Virus record (IMG/VR): IMGVR_UViG_3300023174_000076
Source of the DNA: an uncultured virus (IMG/VR IMGVR_UViG_3300023174_000076)
Lineage: Duplodnaviria; Heunggongvirae; Uroviricota; Caudoviricetes
DNA: 64,000 bases
Reading direction: 5' to 3' (one strand)
Shown: piece by piece, positions 36,990 through 48,900 of the stretch
How positions within the stretch are numbered: position 1 is the first letter of the stretch
Layout: each line of letters starts with the position of its first letter
The notes under the pieces: generated by a model
Database searches by the model: none
What the model was told of the DNA's origin: nothing
What the model saw: only the letters and a program-made list of their open reading frames with translations
Position numbers and translations under genes: made by a program

Positions 36990-39447
36990 AGCTGGAAGAC
37001 TATTACTTGCTTTAGACCCGGATAAATATGGCAAAGCGCTTGGTGCCGGTTATTCCACAACAGAGCAAGAAGTAGAAAAAATAATAATGAGAGCATACGA
37101 AGCCTTTGAAATCAATGGAAAAGCAGCGCCTAGAACAATTGCACAAATGAGCGAAAGAACGCTTCAAAATCTTGTTGACCATGGAGCTTCGGCGTTAAAG
37201 AATACTGAGTTTTATAGAAGGAGTCAAATTTACAAAGTATTTAAAGATAAAGGTGCATTTGATTTTACCTTAGATAAACAGGTAGGAGAATTAGTTGATA
37301 ATTACAAAAATGGAATGGATCCAGGATTATATACAGAAATAAAGAACGCTTTATCACTTACAGATGAAAAATTAAAACGTGAAACATTAACTCAATTAGT
37401 TAATGACAATAAAACAGATACAGGTTTACGAGCTCTTTTAAGTCATTCTGTTATTAGAAAAATGGAAACTGCAACTATTGAGCAGGGTAATTATCTTGGA
37501 GTTTATGTTAACAGAAGCATGGTTGTTGGTTCTACTCTTAATCAATTTGATGATTATATGGAACAAATATATAACAACGCCGCTATTAGTGATAAACTAA
37601 AAAAAATAATAGGTACAGAAATAGGCTTACTTAGTCAAGAAACTGCGATTGACTCTTCTACTGGCTACTCTTCATCATTATTTAAGGCAACCTTAAGAGA
37701 CTCTGAAAACAAGCTTCAAGATGTTGGAGAAATGGTTTCTAAAGCTCTCATCGCTGGCGGAGACGAGGATTTAATAAATGCCGCAGCATTACAGGCACTC
37801 GGACTTGCAGGGGACCAAAATCTAGATTCATTTGGAGCAACAGCAGTTGAACGCTTAGGAAGAAGAATGGGCTCTGCAACCGCTTTGATGACATCTCAAG
37901 AATTTGGTGGCACGTTTGACTCAAATCTAAGGCCAGTGATAGATGAAGTCTTATTGGAAGACAGACTTGCAAAATCTGATATTGAAACTTTATTAGAGTC
38001 TATTAGAAAAGGCGTAAAAGATGCAAGAGCGGCTCAAACTTTAACTGGAGTTGAATTAGATAAATTAGAAGAAGAGTTATTAAATATTAAACCATCCGAA
38101 GCAGAAATGAGGTCGGCACTTAGTAGGTTATTTGGAGCATCTGCTACACATAAATATACAACTGGCTCAAATGTTTATAGGGCTGGAGAAGAAGCTGCAA
38201 TTCAATTTGCTTTTTTAAAGAGAACTAATTTAGCCGGATCCGCAGAAGATCATATTCTTGCTTCCACAAATATTTCCGAAGAAGCAAGAAAAGTAGCTAA
38301 TGTTTTACTCGATAAACATAATGAAGCTTATTTAAGTATGACAGATAATTTAACAAACGAAGCTGCTCAATATGAAAAAATACTTTCAGATGACAGAAGA
38401 CTTAGATTAGGTCAACAAATCTATGATGATCTTACTGGAGCACAACAGGTAACTGGCCTCTCAAGAGAAGAAATGATAAACGCCTTAGATAAAGTAGCGG
38501 CAGAAAGAAAATCCTTAACTAGACAACGCGTTATAGATTTGTCAAGGCTTGACTATGAAGATGAAAATTTTTTTAGACAAATTACTACAACAAGGCAAAG
38601 AAGAAGAGCCGAAGGAATTAGGATTGCAGCTGGAGATTTAGAAGAACAAGTGTTAGATGATTTAGTAAACACAAAAATACTTGGTTCAGGCAAAATTGAT
38701 TTGAGTGCTATTAATTCAACTATTAATAAATATTTTGAAAAAATGCTTGATCCAGCCAGCGCATCCACACAAGAAGAAATATATTTAGCACAAGCAGGAT
38801 TAGGAGAAGAGATTGTTGGTGCAAATGAAGCAGAAAAAGAAATAGCAAGAAGAAGAGCGAGGGTAGTCCAAGTACATGCTGTAAATCAAGCCCTTCAACA
38901 AGATCAGGCAACGATGCAAGCATTGAATGCAACTGGCAAAACAACGTTTACTGGTGACGACAATCTAAGAAGAGCAATCAATGCTTCATTAAATGATGAA
39001 GACTATTCTAATTTCATGAATGCAAAAGGCAAGTATGTTAGATTCTCTGAATATATTAAATCTGGAGAACTAAAAAACTTATTTAAAAATAATAATCTAT
39101 TTAAAAATTCTGTATATGCAGCAGGTGCTCTAATAGTTGGCAGCTTTGCATATCAACATTTTAAAGATCATACTCCAGAAAAAGTTCAAGGTCCACCTTT
39201 ACTTCCTGGTGGATCAGCTTATGAGGGTCAATATCCAAACAGAGTTGCAGAAATTCCACAAATAGGAACCACTTCTTATAACCCGGGAGTAAGTTATAAA
39301 GTTAACTTATACGGCAATAGAAGACAGGTTTCGCAGTTTCAGGACATGGCTATGGGGCTCGGAAACTTCGACATGGACACTACTATGTATTCTGGAATCC
39401 CGCAAGTTGGGACAGATCCTTATCAGCAGCTAGCTAGCTCGTATTAA
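36973..39447 (+). CDS. Large helical virion protein, C-terminal part (or independent gene from ATG 36973)
   Basis: Open frame of about 820 codons, +1 relative to the upstream ORF. ATG 36973 lacks an obvious RBS. A hydrophobic helix and GPPLLPGGS lie near the C-terminus. Confidence 0.7.
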   Translation: MSGDSEAGRLLLALDPDKYGKALGAGYSTTEQEVEKIIMRAYEAFEINGKAAPRTIAQMSERTLQNLVDHGASALKNTEFYRRSQIYKVFKDKGAFDFTLDKQVGELVDNYKNGMDPGLYTEIKNALSLTDEKLKRETLTQLVNDNKTDTGLRALLSHSVIRKMETATIEQGNYLGVYVNRSMVVGSTLNQFDDYMEQIYNNAAISDKLKKIIGTEIGLLSQETAIDSSTGYSSSLFKATLRDSENKLQDVGEMVSKALIAGGDEDLINAAALQALGLAGDQNLDSFGATAVERLGRRMGSATALMTSQEFGGTFDSNLRPVIDEVLLEDRLAKSDIETLLESIRKGVKDARAAQTLTGVELDKLEEELLNIKPSEAEMRSALSRLFGASATHKYTTGSNVYRAGEEAAIQFAFLKRTNLAGSAEDHILASTNISEEARKVANVLLDKHNEAYLSMTDNLTNEAAQYEKILSDDRRLRLGQQIYDDLTGAQQVTGLSREEMINALDKVAAERKSLTRQRVIDLSRLDYEDENFFRQITTTRQRRRAEGIRIAAGDLEEQVLDDLVNTKILGSGKIDLSAINSTINKYFEKMLDPASASTQEEIYLAQAGLGEEIVGANEAEKEIARRRARVVQVHAVNQALQQDQATMQALNATGKTTFTGDDNLRRAINASLNDEDYSNFMNAKGKYVRFSEYIKSGELKNLFKNNNLFKNSVYAAGALIVGSFAYQHFKDHTPEKVQGPPLLPGGSAYEGQYPNRVAEIPQIGTTSYNPGVSYKVNLYGNRRQVSQFQDMAMGLGNFDMDTTMYSGIPQVGTDPYQQLASSY
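36978..36981 (+). other. Candidate +1 frameshift site CGG-A (site 1)
   Basis: gag CGG Aga ttc tga; the +1 frame continues GGA gat tct gaa. Confidence 0.55.
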
Positions 39448-39452
39448 GGTTA

Positions 39453-39914
39453 ATGTATATGATTTTTGGTGCAGACAAACAAAATAAAAATTTAAAAGAC
39501 GCTGCGTCTAAAAGAATAGATACTAGTCCAAGAACGCAAACCTCGAATAAGTATGCAGCAAGGATAGCTTCCAGCAAGAACATATCAAGCGGCTCAGACG
39601 TTTCTGGAGCCAAAAGCGTCGAATATGCACCAAAGGGCACCATGGGGCAATCTGACGCTCTCAAGGGCTCCTGGGAGGGCTTAGACAAGGGATCTTCGAC
39701 ACACATCCAAATGAATGGAACTGGATACTTAAATCCATCAATCCAAAAAGCCAGATATAATAAAAACTTTGCCTCTCACTCTGGAGATTTAAAACAAAAT
39801 TCTTTTACAAAAAGAAATTTTAGAAGTATAATTGACAATAGAACAAATAATACTATGGAAGGATCTTCTTCCCAAATTGTAAGTTTAATAAACAAAAGAA
39901 ATAATTTAATATAA
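39453..39914 (+). CDS. Basic low-complexity hypothetical protein
   Basis: 153-aa ORF filling the gap between two giant genes. Confidence 0.6.
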   Translation: MYMIFGADKQNKNLKDAASKRIDTSPRTQTSNKYAARIASSKNISSGSDVSGAKSVEYAPKGTMGQSDALKGSWEGLDKGSSTHIQMNGTGYLNPSIQKARYNKNFASHSGDLKQNSFTKRNFRSIIDNRTNNTMEGSSSQIVSLINKRNNLI

Positions 39915-39917
39915 ACT

Positions 39918-42900
39918 ATGTCTAATAACGAAAATGCATCTGAATCAGAAAATCAATATATTAGTGTATTTCCTGACGCAGCAGAAGAGACATTTTATAA
40001 ATTATTAACACAACTGGATAACAGATTCCAAGCTGTTACAAGAAATAACTTTGAGCAGATGCTTAAGTATAGTGTTCTTGGGGGCTTGGGCCAGAATTAT
40101 GAAGAAAGCAAAGCCGCTACATTAAGAATTTTTAGTGGATCTGATATAGATAGAATTAAACTTTTAGATACAAAATCTAAATCTAAATTATTTAAAAAAC
40201 TTATAGATACAGGGTTGTACGATTTAGCTTTTTGGTCATTTCCCATTTCAGAGTTTGGTAAACAAAGACTATCTTCTATCTCTTCTGCAAAAACAGGTGC
40301 CGCAGACGCGCTTAATCCAACTAGAGATACAGCTTGGTTAACAAGACTCACCAATGTTGTTAGAAACATATCATATGATCCTATTACCCTTAGCATTATT
40401 AATAGTTATTTTCCTAGTCTTGTAACATTTTTATTTGACGCAATAGCAGTAACCGCCGACTACTCAACAAGTGGTGGTGAGGTTAATGGCGAGTCTGACG
40501 ACAGCGTTAATAATATGAAAGACTTTATAACAAGTCTTGAAAAAGCTTTTGGCCGAGGGTTAAATGATTCCAATCAATCATTTAAGGAAGCCGTATTTAC
40601 AATGGCATTTAATTTTGAAAATACGGCAAAGAGAATGAGAAAAGTATTAGACAATTCTCCGTACAGGCAAAATAATCAACCAACTTCTCCAGATGTTTTC
40701 CATTTACGAATTGGTGCGGCGAATTTTTTTGTTCCACCACTATCGATAGATGTAAATACGGCTTTTAAAACTGGCAGCTTAACAGGCGGAGCACTAAGGC
40801 AAAAAAATACTCCTAAGTTTAATTCTGGTTATAAAGAAAGCTCTATAAAAATGAGATTATTTTTTCCCAACTATGAAGAAATTTGGGGAATAAGCATAGA
40901 TGACGCTTCAAAGATAGTTCTTAAAGATAACTATGAAATTGATTTTAAAACCGATGGGGCAAGTGACCAAAAAATAGATAAGTTTTTATCTTCGCTTCGT
41001 GGATTAGTGGCCGCATTTAAATACTCTCCATTTCTTCCAATTAGAAACCACTACCTTAATAGAGTCCATGGAATAACTGCCGTAGCTCTATCGAGCTTAT
41101 CTATATCAACAGTTCCAAATTTTCCATTTGCTTTAGCGGTTGATGTAGAGCTTTTAAATTTTAATCATAAACCGTTACTGCCTATGATTAAAGATTTTAA
41201 TCAAGCAATACACTGGGGTAAATATAGGCAGTTTATGGGAAAGGCAGCGGGTGCTCTTCATAGTTATGTAAATGAAAGTTTCTTAATGAAGACAACTGAT
41301 GAAAAAAAATCTACAGAAGATGCAGATGTAAAAACTGGAACAGTAACAGTTGGGACTGGGACATACGAAGTAAGTCCTTACGGGGCATCGCTCATAAAAG
41401 CTGCTGCATACTACGATGATATACTAAAAACAAATATTGTATCAGAGTGGAACGATGGAAGAAATATAAGCTTTTATGTTCCAGCAGAAACTCAAACAAA
41501 AATATTTTTACCTGACGCTACTTCATTCAGAAATGATGAAGAAAGATTATTTAGCGATCAAGGCCAAGACTATTGGGGAAAAATTTTAAATGGTTTTGGA
41601 ATAGACATAAATGAATCAGCTGGATACGGGTTGAGCTTAAGTGGTACATATAACTTATCCAAGAACAATGGAATTAATCCAAACATAAGATATCACCTAT
41701 TGACAATAATGGATATTTTAACAGCTGGATTAAATGATAATGAATATCGTAAAAAGGTTTATAGTTATGTTGCAACATTATTTGTTAAAGAAAATTCACT
41801 AGATGGCACAGAACAAAGTTATATCTTAGATTTTGATAGTACAAATATTCCAGCACAAGCTGGAACAAAAACTTATATATTTAATTCTGTTTCATATGAA
41901 GATACCAATCTTCAAACAATGAAGAAGCTGTTGAAGGAAATTTCTAAATCATCTGAAGGTCTTTTGCATCAACAAACAAAAGCAATAGCAGATAGTCAAG
42001 CCAGAAAAGCCGGAGTACCAGTTCCAGAGATTGTAAAAGAATGCACAACTGCATATCAAAAAATTTACGATAGAGTTAGAGATCAAATTAAAGAAGGATT
42101 TAATTTAACACTTTATGAAAAATTCTTTAAAAGTGCACCAATAGAAGAACTACTTGAAGCAGCAAGGGCAAAGCAGGGAGCATTTACATTTAGAGAATGG
42201 GAAGTCCCCATGTTGAAAATAGATCTTGACCCCGCCGCAGCGATAGTTACTGGCGTGTCGTTGACACTCGGTAACAACATCGCCAAGTTGCAATTGCAAA
42301 TGCAAGACGAACCGACGTATCAACACATAGGTGGCAAAGATACTTTTATTAATATTTCAATGAAAATTATTGGAGAAAAAGAATTAACTAAATTAAAAAG
42401 AATATTTGATCACGTTAACGCACTTGCAAGATTAGAGCATTCTACAGGTGTTCTTGGTTTTATTGGAATAAAAAATATAGTCACTGCGTTGTCTGGCGTT
42501 AAATATGTTCTGCCATCTAATTTTTCAGTTAATACAATTCCAGGTTTTCCACATGTATATGAAGTAAATATAAGTTTGATTGACTTTGACGTGTTTCAGC
42601 AAGCTAGAGAAAAATTAGATTCAAATCAACAAAGAGAATTAATAGAACATTTTTCTACCAAAAGAAATCCATTTCTTAGGATTAAACAGATGTGGGGCTT
42701 ATTTAACGCATACCCAGATCTTCCTCTTGAGGTAAAAAATAATAAGAATGAAACTGTTGGCCACTTAGATCCAGACTTCTACTTTAGAAGCTTTGATATG
42801 TTTGATAAAGATATTATAAATAATATATCTACAGCTCCAAAAGAATTAGATATTCCAAACCCGAATGATGGCGTCGGACAAAAAATAACTAAAGAAATGC

Positions 42901-45900
42901 ATTCTCATATAGCAAATGAAATAGTTAATTTCTTAAGAACATATCCATCTTCAGATTCAAAAAATGGTCTTGTTCAAGATGCTAGAAAACAAGTATTAAA
43001 CGATGTAATTTATTTTATTGAAAAAACTGATATAAATTTTGATCAATTTATTTCTGTTTTTGAAAAAGTAATTTATGATCCAAATTATTTTGGAATGGAT
43101 AATTCAAATGAAAGAAGTAGAATAAATTTTTTAAAGAAAAATTTAATTACAGATTACCTAGAATATACAGAAACAGAAGATGAAGCTGTAGGGGAATTCA
43201 TGAACAAGGTGTCATCCGCCCCTTATCAAGTCGGCAGCATTAGTTCTAGTAGTTCTGAACTTTTATCAGAGTTAAAAGCAACCTTAGCTGGAAAATATAA
43301 TCTAAAAGATGAAGAGTTAGTAAGCTTTGATCCAGATGAATTAGAATTTCATCATATTATTAATATTTATCCGATAAAAGATAAAGATGAACCATCCAAG
43401 ATACCAGCTTCGATACAAACAGCTCTTGGTACCAATCTGGGATATATTGACTCTGATAAAGATGGAAGATTTTATCTTACATTAGACGGGGTGAATGTAA
43501 AGAAAACTGAAAAAGGCGCAAAGATAGAACCTAGGGGAATATCAGATAAGCATTCTGACCCCTCGTACTCTGCTACTAAATCAGCAATAGCTGGTTCAAC
43601 GGCCTATTCAAATTATCAACAACCATATTCACACGGCGCTGGCACAAGCCCAGAAGTAATGAACAGTTCAAAACCAGTAGACACAGTTGAATCTCACTGG
43701 GAGAAAATGTTGGTTGACACTCAGTATAGGGATGTATCCGGAAGAATGTTAAGAGCATTCCCAACCTATATGCTATGGTTGATAGATGAAGGTGGATATT
43801 TTGCCGGCGTTAAACTGTTTGATAACTTCTATGGACTTCAATCAATAATAGATTTTTCGGTTATACAATCCGAAGATCTTCTCGGTGATACATTGGTTTT
43901 TAGAGTATCTAATCTTTATTCAAAACTTTCAACAAAAGAATCATCTTCATTTTTTTCTGTAGATTCAGAATACTCTCAAGATAATCCTGGTCTTACCGAT
44001 GGTCTTTCAAGTATAATAGATGTCACTTTAAATAAAGCCAGAAATGTATTGGCGCATATGCAAAATGATTATGTTGTTGATATAGAAAACATAAGATTAA
44101 AACCAGGTGTTAGAGTTCACCTGAGGGGCGGCTATGGAGCAAATCCAAACTCGCTTCAAACTTTATTTAATGGTGTTATCAGCCAGGTAGAACTTGGTGA
44201 AATAGTTACGGTTACAGCACAATCAGATGCAATAGAACTTGGTGCCGTTGTAAACTCTACCAACAAAAAAGGCGATAGTGGAAAAATAGATGGTGGAATA
44301 AATACTGGTCTTTGGCTTTCTGAACCAAGAGATCTAATGGTAAGACTTCTTTCCATGGGGGCGTCTAGGTTTAGAGAGGGTATTGCATACGCTAATAGGG
44401 GTTTAGTTTTTTCTGAAAATAAATTTGGGATAAGACATTTTGGTTCTATTGTTTATGAACCACTTACTACAGATGAAGAAAGAAAGCATCAAGCAAGAAT
44501 AGATGCTATAGCAGATGCTTATAACGCAGTTGGTACGGGGGATGCTTCTGGATCCGGAAGAGCTGCATTAGATATGGCTGTTGGGACAAATGAGTTTAGA
44601 ACTCCAGTATTTTCTTTGATGAATCAATTATGGTCAAACTTTTCGCAATCAAGAGATTTTGAAATATTTAAAAGAAATATTTACCCAGGAAACGGAACAG
44701 GAATAGCTCAATTTCTTGGTGGAGACTTAGGTGACGGTTGGACATCTGTATCTTCGATAACTCCAGTTTCTCAACCAAATGAAAGAATAGAATATTTGTC
44801 CAGATTAACCGATAGAAGTTGGAATGGACTTGTTCAAAAATATGGAGAAGAAAATCCCGACGCAAAAACAGCCATTGAGGGCTTAACTGGTGCTGGAAAA
44901 ATAAGAGATAATACTGGTTCAGCAACTACTGGATCAGCAATTACCATGGGCGGTTTAATTGGTATATCTGCAGTTGTTGGTGGACCAATTGGTATTACAG
45001 TTGGTGTTGGTGCTGGTCTTCTTGGAGTACTTGGCACAAGGGGGGGCAATAGTATATTTAATATGTTAGGTCTAACGTCAACTTTAGATGACGACATGCC
45101 TGGTTTTGATGAAGTTTCATTTAGGGCTCAAACCTATATGAGATCTGTTTGGGATCTATTCCAAACATGTGCAAAATTACTTCCAAATTACATAGTTGCA
45201 GTGAGACCGTTTGAAGATAGATCAACAGTGTTTTATGGCAAGCCTCACTGGCTATACACTTCTGGCGTTGTACCAGTGACGACTGGATACCCAGGCAATG
45301 AAAAAATGGGTGAACTTGGAATAAGTATGGGTCCCAAAATAGTTAGTCCAGATTTTGAGTTGAGTAAAATAATAACTGAAATAAATAAAAATAGTAGTTC
45401 ATACGCAGATGCAAATGCATTTCTCAGGGATACAGAATTAACAGATACAATCGCTGAGCTAACATCTTTGCAAAAAAACGCACAACAATATTATGGAACT
45501 TCAGCAAAACTAAAGGGTCAAGTAATTAATTTTGATTCTAATAAATCAAAAAGTTTAATTAACTCAGAAGGAAAAACGGTAGGAAAAATACCAAAAACAA
45601 AAGGTGTAGTTACAATGGGTTTTCACCTTCCGGTTTCTTCTGTTTTTACTGGAGAAAATAAAACAACTTCTAAAGTTATATCTTCATCATCAGTGCATAG
45701 TCAAATTCCTCAGCTTCCCTCAAGATTTAGATTCCCTATGTTTACAAACAGAGCTGATGTACGCGGTGATTATGGTTTAGAAAACTTTGCATTTCAACGT
45801 GATTCAATTGATGGATATTCTAAATTTCGTAGAGGATTAGACATCGTTGAAGACGTACTAGACACAACTGCTTCGATTGGTGAATTGTTCACTAATGCTC

Positions 45901-48900
45901 CACTAGTAGCTGGTAAATGGGCTTTCCGTAAAATCTTTGGCAGCGGTGACGATGATGGAGTAGCTTCAGAAACAAATCAGGATGTATACGATAATTATAT
46001 AGAAAGCGTTACCTCTGTCTACGGAGACTCCTTTGCCTCAAACTTGTTTCTTGATAATATAAATGTAATCGAAAGAAAACTTTCTCCAGAACAAATATCC
46101 GATGTTGCTCAAAACTCATATAATTTTACTATACCGATTGAAGATGTAATCGGTTCAGAGTCTTTTGTTATATCAATGCCACTTCCCCGAAAAACGAATA
46201 CATCGGAAATAGACTTCTCTGAATGGGGAATGCCAAGAAGTGTAGCTGATGAACAGTTTTATATCGCCATGAGATGGCCATATAAACCAAATTTAAATGA
46301 ATCTGAAATATCAAAATTTACAAAAAAATATTTTAATTCAGAAACAAATCAATTAATTGGAAGTGTACAAGATTACAAAAATGCCCACGTATTAGTTTAT
46401 AATCCAGATACAAATAATGGCGTAGTTTGCAAACCAGCGTACTTTCTTTGGGGAGAAAATAAATCAAATTTTCTTTCAGAAGGGACATCTAGTGGTAGCA
46501 GTGAATATAATTTAGATATAGATGAAAAAACAATAGATGCTGTTGTTTCTCCAGACGCAGCATACTTTCTTGGAATAGTTTCTGGTGATGATGTTATTTT
46601 TTCTGATGGTCAAAAAAAATTATTTAATAAAGGTAAGGGATATAGTGATCTTCCAATTCCAAGAGAATGTTATTTTGCATTTGTCCCGAACACGATACCA
46701 TTAGGCGTAGCAACAAGTGCCTTTGTTCCGGGCAAAAAATTTACATTAGTAGATGATTCGGATAAGCAACTTGAAGATTTTTTAATTGGTTTTGGCAACT
46801 TTGAGGCAACAGACAATATTTTAAAGGCTACGCAAAAAGCCGGTTATAAGGGAGCTGGGCTTGGTGGTGGAATACAGGGTTTTGTTCCCGATAGATTGGA
46901 TGATTATGAAAAATATAGAACTAGTGTTGGTGAATATTATTCTCTAGCTGAATTATCACCTGACTCAATTTTTACATACTCAGGAAACTATACAGATTAT
47001 TATAAGAATATATATGGAGATATAGCGACTGTAACCAGTAGAGATAAGGGTTATGATATATTAGATAAGGAATCAGCAGAGACTGGTGACCCCCTAACTT
47101 TCTCCGCTGACGGTAGAAAGCAATTTAAAGAAGTTTTTAGCTTAGCAGACTCAATATCAATTGAAGCAAGAAAATATTATGATGAAGGATATGACCAAAG
47201 CGTTTCAGTTATTGCTGGAGATGGAAGAAACTTAGACATAGCTCAGGATATATGGGATCAATTTAGATTTGGATATCATACTTACAGTTCTGTTAAAACA
47301 ATATTTTTTGATACTTTTGGATTAGACCCTGACAGTCAAGATGATTTTTCGCAAGAAATAATGAGTGCGTTTGTTGATGGAAATATACCAAAAGATATAT
47401 TTAAAAAGTTTAAAGATACTGGTGGTACGGCTAACGATGAATTTGCAATTTTATTTGGAAACGAAGAAGCAGCATCAAGAACAGCGGCAATAGAATTTGC
47501 AAGAAAAAACTTTATAGATGCACCAGCATCAGAAAGTGGACTAATTGAATATTTTAATTTAATGACCTTAGATAAGATAAAAGCGTTTAGACAAAACTTT
47601 TTAATAGATAATAGTGAAGTCTTAGAAGAGTTAAGCGGACAAAAGGCTACAGAAGACAATCCGCTAATTAAAACTCCTCAACAATTATTTCTTGTAGTAG
47701 TTGGTTTATTTAGACAAGCTATGTGGGCAGACCCATATGCGAGAGCTTGGCTCGTGCTTAGACCATCTAGAAAAATAGGCGCTGGCTTAGGTACTGCTGC
47801 GGGTAGAGATCAGTGGGATTTTAGATCCATAGATAAAATATTTGCAGCGTTTATTAATCCAAACAATACTTATGCTAAAGATAAAAAGAAATTTTTACAA
47901 TTATTATACAACAATAAGGGCGAAGGCAGCACAGCCTCAAACTTTGTAACAAGAGCAACTAGTGGATTAGATAACTTTTGGGATAGAAACATAGGTCCTA
48001 TCTTTAGTGCGATGGGAACAGCATTGACTGGTATGATTAATATGTTTAAATTAAATATGTTACAAACTGGTTATGGATTGTCTCAAGTAGGTTCTCTATC
48101 AAAACAAGCAAATATTCTAAACAGAGCTCTCAATGATTCTATTTATTATCAACTTGGTAGATCTGGTTCGCTTTTAAGAGCTGTTGATAATCCATTCACA
48201 AGAGAGTATGGAGAACCAGTAGTAGAAATTAGGGAACCGTTTCAAAGAATACATTACCTAAGTTCCTTTAGCCATATTCTTTCAAACCAGATTCAGGAAA
48301 CAACAACAAATGTTTCCACTGTTATTACAGCAGTATCTGATGGAAAATATCCAGTTACAGTAGCCCTTGACAAAGGTGCACCGGCAGAAAGGCAAATGGA
48401 ATCAACAGTTGAAACTGGAATATATTTTGACAATATTGTTGGAAGTGGATTCTTTGGATTCTTACATCCATTTTTGCATCCGTTTGAAACCGGAAGAGGA
48501 TTATCAAAAAACGCAACCGGTGCTCCTGATGAGCTAGCGGCTAAAAGAGTTGCCCTTTCACATCTTAAAGAAAATATTAAAGATATATATAGTGGAGAAT
48601 TATTAATTGTAGGCAATCCAGATATAAGGCCACACGACATAGTTTACATAGCTGACGTGTATGAACGAATGTATGGCTTATTTGAAGTAGAGCAAGTTAT
48701 CCATCACTTTACTTCTGAACTTGGTTTTGTAACCTCAATAACCCCCAATGCACTTGTAACCGTAAATGACCCAGCAAAATGGTTTATGACATCATGGATT
48801 GATTCATGGATGAACATGCAGGCAATAAGAAATGACACAAGATTATTCTTAGATGCTATTAGGGCAGATAATTCTGGGATAACTCTTGGTGGAGATATAT

